Assembly: GCA_965238265.1 (NCBI GenBank)
Contig: OZ250185.1
Location: 4,217,497 to 4,281,496 of the forward strand
Origin: Chloroflexota bacterium
GTDB lineage: Bacteria > Chloroflexota > UBA11872 > UBA12225 > JAJDUF01
DNA: 64,000 bases
Reading direction: 5' to 3'
Shown here piece after piece: positions 39,350 through 52,306 of this stretch; position 1 is the first letter of the stretch; the number at the start of each line of letters is the position of its first letter. The notes under the pieces were generated by a model. The model was not told the origin of the DNA. It made no database searches and saw only the letters and a program-made list of their open reading frames with translations. The position numbers and the translations under genes were made by a program.

Positions 39350-41086
39350 GTGGATAGCACGATGACTCGCGTCTCTAGGCTACCGGCGTCGGCGAGATGG
39401 CCGTGGCGGGAGCTGGTGGGGTGGCTGGCCGTGGCGCTGCTGGTGCGGGCGGCCACGCTGGCGGTGGTCACGCAGCCGGGCTACATGGACGCCTCCTACT
39501 ACTACCATGTCGCCGAGAATCTCGTGGCCGGGCGCGGCCTAGTCACCGATGCGGTCTGGAACTTCCTCGATCCGCGCACCGATCTGCCGCGTCCGAGCAA
39601 TGCCTACTGGCCGCCGGGTACGTCACTGGTCGCAGCGGTTGGTGGCTGGCTGTTTGGCCCCGGCTTTCGGAGCGCCCAGGTGCCGATGGTGCTGCTCTCG
39701 GCGGCCATGGTGCCACTAGCGTATCTGTACGGTCGGCTGCTCCTGGGCACACGACGCGGTGGTCACGGCGTCGCGGCGTTGGTGCTGTGCAGCGCAGCCT
39801 ACTATCCATATTGGGTGACGACCGATACCTTCACGCCGTATGGCCTGCTCGGAGCCGGTTGCTTTCTGCTGCTCGGCTTGGCGCTCCGGTCTGAGTCGGC
39901 GAGCCGCGCTTGGCTGGTCGGCGCTGTCATCGGCGCTGGCGTGCTCGCCGGCTGGTCGCAGATGGTGCGTCCCGACGGACTGCTGCTGGCGACCATCGCC
40001 GTCGGCACGGCGGCTGCGGTCGGCTGGCGGCGGCTGACCTACCCCCTAGCCCCCTCCCGCCAGGGAGGGGGGACTAGCTCTCTCTCTGGGGTAGGAGCAC
40101 CGCATGCCGTGCCCCCACGGTGCTGGCGTGCGGTCTGGGGGCGGTGGCGCACCGCGGCGCTCTGGGCCACCCTCGCAGCGGTTGGCTATCTGCTGGGCGC
40201 CCTGCCCTGGTATGTGCGGAATTGGCTCACCTGGGGTAGCCCGCTACCGATGGCCGGGGGGCAGACGATGTTTCTCCGCAGATTTGACGACATCTTCGCC
40301 TACGGCATCGAGGTCAGCCCGGCGGCGCTCGTGGCCGATGGCTGGAGCCTCGTGCTCACCGGGCGGCTCGCCGGGCTTATCGGCAATTTGGTGCCCCTGT
40401 TTCAGATCGCGCTGTTCGCGCTGGCGCCGCTGGCAGCCCTCGGTGTGCGCCGCCTGTGGCGCGAGCCGGCGGCGCGACCGGCGCTGCTCTACGTCGGCAT
40501 CCTCTATATCGGCATGTCGCTCGCTTTCCCGACGACGAGCCCTCGCGGCAGCTTTTTTCATGGGCTGACCCCGGCCTTACCGGTGCTGTATGCGGCGCTG
40601 CTCCGCGGCCTCGACACCGCCGTCGCGTGGGCTGGCTCCTGGCGTCGCTGGGACTTGGCCGAGGCCCGCGCGATCTTTCTGGCGGCGGCGGTGGTGTTCC
40701 AGATTGGGGCCGCCGGCTACCTGGCCTGGCAATTCAGCATAGTGCGGGGATGGGAGGTGCCGATTGCGCGGGCGGCTGCCGGCTGGCTCGACGAGCATGC
40801 GCCGCCGGGCGAACCGGCCCTGTTTGTTGACCCGCCGGCGTTCGCCGTGGTGGCTCGGCGGCCGGCCGTGATGGTGCCAAGCAACAGCGTGGAAGCGCTC
40901 CTCACGGTCGCGCAGCGGTTCCGGGCGCCCTGGCTCATCCTAGGCCCACGTGGGATGCGTATTGCGGGCCGGCTGTATCTCGACCGCGTACACGACGAGC
41001 ACTTCGAGTGGAAGGCCGACATCGGCGAGGCGCGCGTGTATCGTGTGCGTCTCGTCCCCTCCGCTGCCACGCAAGCCCGCGACTGA
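39350..41086 (+). CDS. GT-C (GT39/ArnT-like) membrane glycosyltransferase
   Basis: YMDASYYYHVAENL..GRG, YWPPG, RPDG, PWYVRN; many TM helices. Confidence 0.78.
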   Translation: MDSTMTRVSRLPASARWPWRELVGWLAVALLVRAATLAVVTQPGYMDASYYYHVAENLVAGRGLVTDAVWNFLDPRTDLPRPSNAYWPPGTSLVAAVGGWLFGPGFRSAQVPMVLLSAAMVPLAYLYGRLLLGTRRGGHGVAALVLCSAAYYPYWVTTDTFTPYGLLGAGCFLLLGLALRSESASRAWLVGAVIGAGVLAGWSQMVRPDGLLLATIAVGTAAAVGWRRLTYPLAPSRQGGGTSSLSGVGAPHAVPPRCWRAVWGRWRTAALWATLAAVGYLLGALPWYVRNWLTWGSPLPMAGGQTMFLRRFDDIFAYGIEVSPAALVADGWSLVLTGRLAGLIGNLVPLFQIALFALAPLAALGVRRLWREPAARPALLYVGILYIGMSLAFPTTSPRGSFFHGLTPALPVLYAALLRGLDTAVAWAGSWRRWDLAEARAIFLAAAVVFQIGAAGYLAWQFSIVRGWEVPIARAAAGWLDEHAPPGEPALFVDPPAFAVVARRPAVMVPSNSVEALLTVAQRFRAPWLILGPRGMRIAGRLYLDRVHDEHFEWKADIGEARVYRVRLVPSAATQARD

Positions 41087-41170
41087 GCCGGGGAGCACGG
41101 CCGTCGCCGCCAGCGAAACCCCAGGGTATGATGTCGCAGAACACTCAGCAAACGTGAAGGAGCAGGGCGT

Positions 41171-41962
41171 ATGGCTACCCCCCAAGTGGCGTGTCATCTG
41201 ATTGTGTTTCGCGGGCGGCAGGATGAAGACCTCGCCGGTGTGCTGCAGGAGGTGCAGACGGCGGGGTTCGCTGGGGTAGAAGGAGGGATGCTCGCTGGCG
41301 GCGACGGCGCTGCGGCCGGGCGTATCCTGGGCAACCACGGCTTTGTGCAGTGCAGCCTCTCGACGGGCTTCCATGACATTGATCGCCTCGACGACTCGAT
41401 TGCGTATGCCAAGTCCGTTGGCGGCTCATTCGTCATGGTTTCGGGCGTCGGCGATCACGAGCGCGACGGAATTCGGGCCTACGAAACGGCGTCCGAGGTG
41501 TTCAACCGGGCCGGAGAGCGGTGTAACGCTGCCGGGCTGACCTTCTGCTACCACAACCACTCCTGGGAGTTCCAGGAATACAACGGCATGACGGGCTTGG
41601 AGCGGCTGTACGAGCTGACGGACCCGGCGCTGGTGAAAGCCTGCATTGACGTGTTCTGGGTGCGGCACGGCGGCCGTGACCCGGTGACCTTCCTGGAGCG
41701 GTATCAGGATCGGGTGGGCTACGTGCATCTCAAGGACTTGCAGTACCTCGGCTCCGAGCCGCGGCCGTCCGGCGTCTTGGGCCGCGATGCGGCGGAGTTT
41801 GTCGAGCTAGGGCGCGGCGAGGTGGACTTCCCCGGCATCTGGCGCGTGCTCCGGCCCCTCAAGCTGCCGTGGCTGGTCTATGAGCAGGATCGGTCGTCGC
41901 TGCCACCAGGGGAAGCCGCGGCGGTGAGCCGGCGCTACCTACGCGAGAACCTGGGCCTCTGA
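41171..41962 (+). CDS. Sugar phosphate isomerase/epimerase (TIM barrel, IolE-like)
   Basis: GFAGVE, YHNH.WEF, DVFW, VHLKD, ELGRGEVDF, YEQD. Confidence 0.88.
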   Translation: MATPQVACHLIVFRGRQDEDLAGVLQEVQTAGFAGVEGGMLAGGDGAAAGRILGNHGFVQCSLSTGFHDIDRLDDSIAYAKSVGGSFVMVSGVGDHERDGIRAYETASEVFNRAGERCNAAGLTFCYHNHSWEFQEYNGMTGLERLYELTDPALVKACIDVFWVRHGGRDPVTFLERYQDRVGYVHLKDLQYLGSEPRPSGVLGRDAAEFVELGRGEVDFPGIWRVLRPLKLPWLVYEQDRSSLPPGEAAAVSRRYLRENLGL

Positions 41963-42015
41963 CCAGTCCGCCCCTGACGATGGCAGGTTGGACCTAACCC
42001 CCGGCCTCTTCCCTC

Positions 42016-43174
42016 TGTACAGACGGGACACATAGTGGACACCCGTTCGGGGACATGGTGGACACCTTCCACGCCCAGTAGCCTGGGGGCGAGGAGGTAC
42101 CACATGCCCTGGCAGGAGGTCTCGATCATGTCCTTGCGCCGCGAGTTTGTCGCGCTGGCCCCGCAGGAGGGTGCCAACCGCCGCGCCCTCTGTCGTCACT
42201 TCGGGATCAGTCCCACCACCGGCTACCGCTGGCTGCACCGCGACCAAGCCGCAGGCGCCGCCGGCTGGCAGGACCGCTCCCGCCAGCCCTACCGCTCGCC
42301 CCAGCGCACGCCCCTCGCCACGGAACAGGCGGTCTTGGCCATCCGGGACGACCATCCCGCCTGGGGTGGACGCAAAATCCGCGCCACGCTGGACACGCAG
42401 CACGCCACGCCCTTGCCGAGCGCCAGCACCATTACCGCCAGCTTGCGCCGCCATGCCCGGCTGGCTCCGCCGGAGCCAGCCCCGCAGCGGGCCTGGCAAC
42501 GCTTCGAGCGACCGGTGAGCGCCACGGGACGGTCCAGGCGCAACTGATCCAGGTCTTCACCCGCTATGGTTTGCCGCGCACCATCTTGGCCGATAACGGC
42601 CCACCCTGGGGCGCCGGCACCACGCCGCCGGTGCCTACCGCGCTGACGGTCTGGCGGCTGCGCTTGGGGGTGCGGGTCATGCATGGGCGGCCGTATCATC
42701 CCCAAACGCCGGGCAAAGCGGAGCGCTTTCAGCGCACGCTCCAGGCCGCAGTCTTGCGCGACCGGACCTTTCCCGATCTGGCGACGTGTCAACGCCACTT
42801 TACGCGCTGGCGCACGGTCTCCACCGGCGAGCGGCCGCACGAAGCGCTCGGGGACCAGCCACCGGTGAGCCGCTCCCAGCCGAGTCCGCGCCCGTTCCCG
42901 ACGGAGTTGCCCCCGATTGAGTATGCGTCCGGGGCTGCGGTGCGGATGGTGCAAGACAAGGGAGTGATCCGGCTGCACGGCCAGTATTACCGCGTGGGGC
43001 AGGCCTTTCGGGGCTATCCGGTCGCGGGGCAGCCCACGCTGGAGCCGCAGGTGGTCACGGTGCAGTTCGGTGACGAAACCATTGCCGAATTGGACTTGAC
43101 GCAGCCCGAGGCGTGATACTGACCCTGTCCACCAGGTCTCCGCACACCTGTCCGCCATGTCCCCCGTCTATACA
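42016..43174 (+). mobile_element. Decayed IS481-family element
   Basis: TGT...ACA ends (TGTACAGACGGG / CCCGTCTATACA) with internal GGACA repeats; MPWQEVS, HPAWGGRKI, DNG, HPQT.GK.ERF; frameshift/deletion near 42510-42550. Confidence 0.9.
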
Positions 43175-43253
43175 CCCTTTAGGGAGGGGGTTGGGGGTAG
43201 GTACGCCTCTCCCCGCCGGGTAGCATCACTGCCGGCCGGTTCTGACGATTTAC

Positions 43254-43283
43254 TTGACATGTTCCGGCCCGGAGCGGTATAGT
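43254..43283 (+). promoter_or_regulatory. Sigma70-type rRNA promoter
   Basis: TTGACA-18 bp-TATAGT about 160 nt upstream of the 23S gene. Confidence 0.8.
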
Positions 43284-43442
43284 GACTGTTTGCCGAGAGA
43301 CGAGCGGGCCTGGTTGGGAAACCGTCTGCCTGTCCTGTCTCTCTGGGTGGCTGAAACGCCACCGGGCGTACCTTCACAACTGAAGAAGAGCGAGAATCTG
43401 CAAATACGGGTTCAGCTTCAGAATTGCCGATCGAGAACATCC

Positions 43443-46595
<3,153 letters not shown>

Positions 46596-46706
46596 TACGA
46601 TGCCTCGATCGGCATTTTTGGATCTGAACTCCGCAGTTGACTCGCTCTTCTTCGCCCTGCTTTCCACACCGGGAAGCAGGGGCCTTATGTGTGGCTATCT
46701 TGAGAT

Positions 46707-46828
46707 GGTCTTGGTGACTCTAGCGAGGCTGCCCCACCCGTTCCCATCCCGAACACGGTAGTGAACTGCCTCAGCGCCGACGATACTGCTAGCGAGAGCG
46801 AGTGGGACAATAGGTCGTTGCCAGGGCC
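46707..46828 (+). rRNA. rrf: 5S rRNA
   Basis: CCCATCCCGAAAC-like core (CCCATCCCGAACAC), terminal stem, followed by a U-rich tract. Confidence 0.93.
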
Positions 46829-46974
46829 GTTTCTTTTTCCCCCACCGCTGCCCTCGCGCTGCACCCCCCGTCGTTCCGGCGCAAGCCGGAATCCACGCGC
46901 CGGGGGCCGCAGATGGCACACCCGCTCCGGATTCCCGCGAAAGCGGGAATGACAGAAAAATGTCAACAGAGAGC

Positions 46975-47814
46975 TTAGTAGGGAAGGTGCGTGTCGGGGT
47001 GCTCTTGCAGGTACTTGCCCAGGCGGACGCTCAGGTTCTCCTGGAGCTGGATGCTCAACCCGCCGTCAACCACCAGTGCGTGGCCGGTGATGAAGGCGGC
47101 CTCGTCCGAGCAGAGGAAGACGACCGCGTTGGCAATGTCCACGGGCCGGCCGCAGCGGCGCAGTGGATACTGCTGCTCGAAGAACCGTAGCCCGCTAGGA
47201 TTCTCAGCCCACATGCGCTCCTGAATCCGGCCGGTCACCATATGTCCGGGGCAGATCGCGTTCACGCGAATACCCCAGGGGCCAAACTCCGTTGCCAACT
47301 GGCGCGTCAGCCCGATCACTGCTGACTTGCCGGCCTCATAGACCAGGTGCCCCGGCGCCATGAGCAGACCATGCACGGAGGCGATGTTGACGATGCTGCC
47401 GCCGCCGGCTTCCTGCATCGCCGGTACGGCGTATTTCGCCGCCAGGAAGATGGACTTTGTGAGCACAGCCATGCCCTGGTCCCAGCCCTCCTCGCTGACC
47501 TCAAGCGCACTGCCGGCACCGACCGGGTTGATGACCGGAAAGGCGTTGTTGACGAGGATGTCGAGCCGCTGCCAGCGATCCAACGTGTACGACACCATTG
47601 CCTGAACGTCCTGGTGGCTCCCTACGTCGGCATGGAAAGCCGCGGCCACGCCCCCGGTCGCTGCGATACTGGCTACCCGTCGGTCGGCTGCCGCGTCATC
47701 AATATCGGCGATGAGCACGGTAGCCCCCTCCTCGGCCAGACGGCGGGCGGTGGCGCCACCAAGCCCCTGCGCGCCGCCGGTCACCAGCGCTACCTTGTTG
47801 GCCAGTCGTTCCAT
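46975..47814 (-). CDS. Classical SDR oxidoreductase
   Basis: TGGAQGLG, NNA, NIAS, YEAGK, IRVNAICPG. Confidence 0.92.
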   Translation of the reverse strand: MERLANKVALVTGGAQGLGGATARRLAEEGATVLIADIDDAAADRRVASIAATGGVAAAFHADVGSHQDVQAMVSYTLDRWQRLDILVNNAFPVINPVGAGSALEVSEEGWDQGMAVLTKSIFLAAKYAVPAMQEAGGGSIVNIASVHGLLMAPGHLVYEAGKSAVIGLTRQLATEFGPWGIRVNAICPGHMVTGRIQERMWAENPSGLRFFEQQYPLRRCGRPVDIANAVVFLCSDEAAFITGHALVVDGGLSIQLQENLSVRLGKYLQEHPDTHLPY

Positions 47815-48197
47815 ACTTCATCTCCTCAGCGCTCAGAGCGCCTTTCGTTGCTGCAAGTGATAGGGTAGCCACCTCATCGTTCTGCATCCACTCGCGTATC
47901 GTGCGTTGGAGCGAGATGACCACTGTGGGTCTGGCGCCTAATCCACGCCGGATTGCTGTCAAGACCGCCGGAGCCAGCGAAGCTGCGCCTCACCATCCAT
48001 CTGTTCCAACTCATTGCAGTAGTGGGGGCAGTGGTGGCAGTGACTCCAGTACCGTGTTCCGCATCATGGCTCGACCTACAATGTCCGGTCGGGTATCATT
48101 GCTAACCACCCATTGGGTATGTCGTTAACTTCATGCCGGTAGGCGCTGGGCAGTACCCCACCATACGTGGCCGCGGCTAGTCTATGGTTAAGCTGGT

Positions 48198-50834
48198 ATG
48201 CATATGCGTCGGCTGATCCGCCTAGGGTGTGCCTTGCTGCTGGGGCTGCTCCTGGCCGGGCTGACTAGCGGCGTGCCGACGGCGCAGGCCACCGCGCCGG
48301 GCATCCTCATCACCGAGGTCCTGGCGGCGAATGCACGCACCGTGACCGATGACCGGGGCCGCTATGCCGACTGGATCGAGCTGCACAACCCTACGGCAGC
48401 GCCCGTCTCCCTCGCCGGCTACACCTTGACCGACGACCCCGCCGAGCCGGCCAAGTGGCCTTGCCGGCCGCTACGCTGGCGCCGGGGGCTTTCTTGGTGG
48501 TGTGGGCCTCGGGGTCAGACCAGGTGACACCGGAAGGCTGGCACACGAACTTCCGTCTGAGCGGCGGTGGGGAGTACGTGGGCTTGTTCGGTCCGGACGG
48601 ACAGGTGGTAGACGAGGTAACGTTTGATGAGCAGGAGACGGATGTCTCGCTGGGGCGGCTGGGGACGGTGTCCGACCGATGGGTATTCTTCCCAACCCCG
48701 ACACCCGGCGCGGCGAATACCACTGGTCCACGGCGCCGCCGGGCGCGCCGCCCGTGATAGTCGCGCCGGGCAGTGGGCGCTATGCCGGCCCGGTGACGGT
48801 GCAGTTGACGGCGCCGGTGCCGGGAAGCACGGTGTACTACACGCTGGATGGGGCCGATCCGACGGTGGGTGGCCAGGAGTACACGGCGCCCTTGGCGGTG
48901 CGGAGACGACGGTGCTGCGGGCGGTGGCGCTGCGCGAGGGCGTGCCGGTGAGTGCCGTGACCACGGCGACGTATCTGGTGGGGGAGAGCACCGGCCTGCC
49001 GGTGCTGTCGCTGGTGACGGAGCCGGCCCACCTGTGGGACGAGGTGACGGGAATCTACGTCAACGCGGAGGGAGCGCGGCCGGGAATGGGAGCGGCCGGT
49101 GACGGTGGAGTGGCTATCGCCGGAGGGGAGCCGGGCTTCAGTGTGGGAGCGGGGCTACGCATCCATGGGTGGGGGAGCCGGGGGCAGGCCAAGCAGTCGT
49201 TCCGGCTGTACTTCCGGGGGGAGTATGGGCCGCGGGAGTTAGCGTATCCGCTGTTTGGGGTGGAGCCGGGGCAGACGTATGACCGGCTGGTATTGCGGGC
49301 GGGTGCAACGACAGTGGCCGTGGTTGGGGATGTTTCGGGCTGGGGCAGTGTACGTGCGGGATCAGCTGGTCCGGGACCTGCACGGGGCGATGGGGCAGGT
49401 GGCGGCGCGGGGGCGCTGGGTGGCGCTGTACCTGAACGGGGCCTACTGGGGGCTATACAACCTGACCGAGCGCATTGATGACAGCCTTCCTGGCCACGCA
49501 CTTTGCCTATGACTACTGGGACGTGACTCGCCGTGCCGGGGAGCATGAAGCGTGGGATGCGTTTGTGGACTGGATTACCGGCACGGACTTGAGTGCAGCG
49601 GCGCAGTATGAGCAAGCGTTGCAGCAACTCGATATCGAGAACTTCACCTCCTTCATCATCCTCGAGTTGTGGGCCGGAGACACCGATTGGGGTGCCGGCA
49701 ACCCGTATGCGGCACGGATGCAATATGGTCCTGATACTGCGGTGGCGGCTGTTCGTGTGGGATGCCGATGTGACCTTTGGCTTGGACCACAGGATTGATG
49801 CCACTGCGGACCTTTCTTTCACCCAAGCAGTAATTGACAGTGGCGCGTGGGGGCCACTCATCCCGATCTTGGCCAGCCTTATGGCCAGTCCCCAGTATCA
49901 AGCCTACTTCACCGGCAGGTGAGCGCATCTCGCCGGGGCGCTGGCTACCGAATCCGTGCGCGACCGCTTCGCCTCTTTAACGACGGAGTTGCGCCCGGCC
50001 ATCGCGGCGGAAGCGGCCCGCTGGCTGCCCGAGCAGGAGCCGGCGGTGCTGGTGGCGCAGTGGGCAGCGGACATGCAACGGATCGCGGATTCGCCGCCAG
50101 TGAGCAGCGGCTGCGCCAGTTGTCCAGAGACGCTTCCCGCTGCTCCCGCAGTTTTCGAGATCGGACTGCTCCGCCGCCGCTGCCGCCGAATACCCGGATT
50201 GCCCTGCTGGTGCATCACCCCGCCGAGCTGTCGCCGGGCGACGCGGCCGTCGTGGCGCACCTCGCGACGCGGGGCGTGACGGTCTCCGTGATCGGGACTC
50301 ACGACGACAGTCCGCATGATCCGGCGCTGGTCGCCGCGAGCCACGATCTGCTCTTGGTCAGTTCCAGTATCCGGCTGCTCGACACGAGCGGCGCGCTATG
50401 CCCAGACGACTACGCCGGTGATCTTCTGGGAGCCGCTGCTGCTAGAGGCGACGCGCGTACCGCTGGCGCCTTGGGGGGGCACGCGCCCGGAGCAAACCGA
50501 CATTCGGATTGTCGACGCGGATCATCCGATCACCGCGGGGCTACTGGCTGACCAGCCGCTGCGGGTGGTGCGCCGGCCCGATACGTTCAGTGTGGCCTAC
50601 CCGCCCAGCGGTCCGGGAGTACACGTACTGGCAAGGTATTTGACGGGTGGCGACGCGGCGCTCATGGTAGCGGAGGCGGGAGCCGAGTTGGCGAATGGGC
50701 AGCCGGCGAAGGCCCGGACCGTCTTCTTGTTCTGGCATCACGACACGTTTCACCGGAGCACGGGCGAGGCGGTCCGCCTCTTTGACCGGGCGGTGGATTG
50801 GGCGCTCGGTCTCCTCCCGGCCGATGGCGCTTGA
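48198..50834 (+). pseudogene. Secreted lamin-tail/chitobiase-C/CotH kinase gene with many frameshifts (pseudogene or consensus errors)
   Basis: Colinear with 52307-58174 across several frames: DWIELHN, YYTLDG.DP, KQSFRLYFR, LYLNGAYWGLYNLTE, WDAD, RLFDRAVDWALG. Confidence 0.8.
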
Positions 50835-50861
50835 GCGAACGAGCGAGAAGGCCATGCAGCC

Positions 50862-51593
50862 ATGTTGATCCTGCTCTACAAAAAGGGCTTCGGGCAGCCA
50901 TACTACGAGACCAAGTTCGTGTTGCCGGTGGAGTCCGGTCCGGTCCTCGCTGCTTTTCTGCGGCGGGTCTATCCGAGTAGCTCACCGTACTGGCAGAGCA
51001 AGCTCACGACGACCTACTACGACGATCTGGCCCTCAGTTCCTATTGGGAATCGCGGGACGGTCTGCTGAACAAGATGAAATACCGCTTTCGTCGGTACTT
51101 CAACCCCAGTGGTGTGGGAGCCGACTACGGTATCGAGATCAAGCGGCGGGAAGGCCCACTGGTCAACAAGACCAAGATCCTCCTGAAGGCTGCCGGTACG
51201 AGGCTTTCGACAATGGCCGATTTTGGCAGCTTGCTCGACCGTCTCCGTAGCGTGCCGGGAGCGTCGGCGGCCGCGTTGCGTACCCACGTTCGCCGGTGCC
51301 TACGACCGACGTTGACGATTTCGTGTGAGCGCCTGCGATTTGTGAACCAGCGTGCCCAGGAACGCTATAGCCTCGACCAAAACATCGCTTGTGTGGCCAT
51401 GCCCGGGCTAGCGGGCTGGAGCCGGCGCCGGGTGGCGTTTCCCTACACCGTCTTCGAGATCAAGTCGGCAGCAGCGGTGCCGGCAGCGCCCTTCCTCAGG
51501 ATGTTTTCGTTGGAGCCGGTGTCGTTCTCGAAGTACGCCTACGGTATCGCCTCGCTACTGGAAGAAGATGACCGGGATGGAAAGTATCAGTAG
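50862..51593 (+). CDS. VTC-domain (polyphosphate polymerase-like, CYTH tunnel) protein
   Basis: ETKF, YYDD, KYRFRRY, EIK, RYSLD, VFEIK, FSKY. Confidence 0.8.
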   Translation: MLILLYKKGFGQPYYETKFVLPVESGPVLAAFLRRVYPSSSPYWQSKLTTTYYDDLALSSYWESRDGLLNKMKYRFRRYFNPSGVGADYGIEIKRREGPLVNKTKILLKAAGTRLSTMADFGSLLDRLRSVPGASAAALRTHVRRCLRPTLTISCERLRFVNQRAQERYSLDQNIACVAMPGLAGWSRRRVAFPYTVFEIKSAAAVPAAPFLRMFSLEPVSFSKYAYGIASLLEEDDRDGKYQ

Positions 51594-52269
51594 CCTGCTC
51601 GACGGCTCCGCCGTTGCCGCCGGTCAGCGTGGGATAATCGAGTTTCTCTTGGTGGTGGCGGTGAGTATGGCGCTGGGCTTCGGCTATGCCTTGCTCTACC
51701 AGCGTTATTTCACCGGCAGTGAGGCGCTCAACGAAAGTCTGTACCGCAGCTTCGCGCTGCTCTTGCCGGCCGTGACGACAATCTTCTGGGTGATCCAGTT
51801 TTCGATCCCCCTCTCCTTGGGCTTACTCGGCGCCCTCTCGTTTGTCCGCTTCCGCACACCGATCAAGCGTGCGGAGGATATCGCCTTCATCCTGCTCGTG
51901 ATTGCCACGGGCTTGGCCTGCGCGGTCTACCAGTTTGCTGTAGCCGCCGGGCTGTTGCTGGCCGTCGGGGGCTACACCCTGCTCAAGAACCGCTTTGTGC
52001 TGCGCTGGCTCCAGCCGGCCCAACAGGCCAGCCTCGTCGTCAGCGCAAAGGCTCCGGAAGGCGTGGACGAGCGCCTCCTCGCCGATATCGTCGCCACTAT
52101 CCGTGAGACGTCCGGAGCTGATCCCGAGATCGTCAGTGCCGGGAGTTACGAAGGCGAGTTCAATGTCTACCTCACCATCGCGACGCCGCGGAACGGGAGC
52201 CAGGCCCAAATGCTGCGGTCCTTGGACCAAATCGAAGGGGTCGAAAAGGTTGACATCTACTACTCCTAG
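51568..52269 (+). CDS. DUF4956-family membrane protein
   Basis: LSLGLLGALSFVRFRTPIK..EDIAF...IATGLAC; overlaps the VTC gene. Confidence 0.88.
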   Translation: MTGMESISSLLDGSAVAAGQRGIIEFLLVVAVSMALGFGYALLYQRYFTGSEALNESLYRSFALLLPAVTTIFWVIQFSIPLSLGLLGALSFVRFRTPIKRAEDIAFILLVIATGLACAVYQFAVAAGLLLAVGGYTLLKNRFVLRWLQPAQQASLVVSAKAPEGVDERLLADIVATIRETSGADPEIVSAGSYEGEFNVYLTIATPRNGSQAQMLRSLDQIEGVEKVDIYYS

Positions 52270-52306
52270 CCCGCAATGGTCCCAGACTGCGTAGCCAGAG
52301 GCCTAC

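Noticed and set aside
47830-48190. Possible small gene or ncRNA between the SDR and the CotH locus
   Set aside because: Only short ORFs without recognisable motifs; no convincing structure
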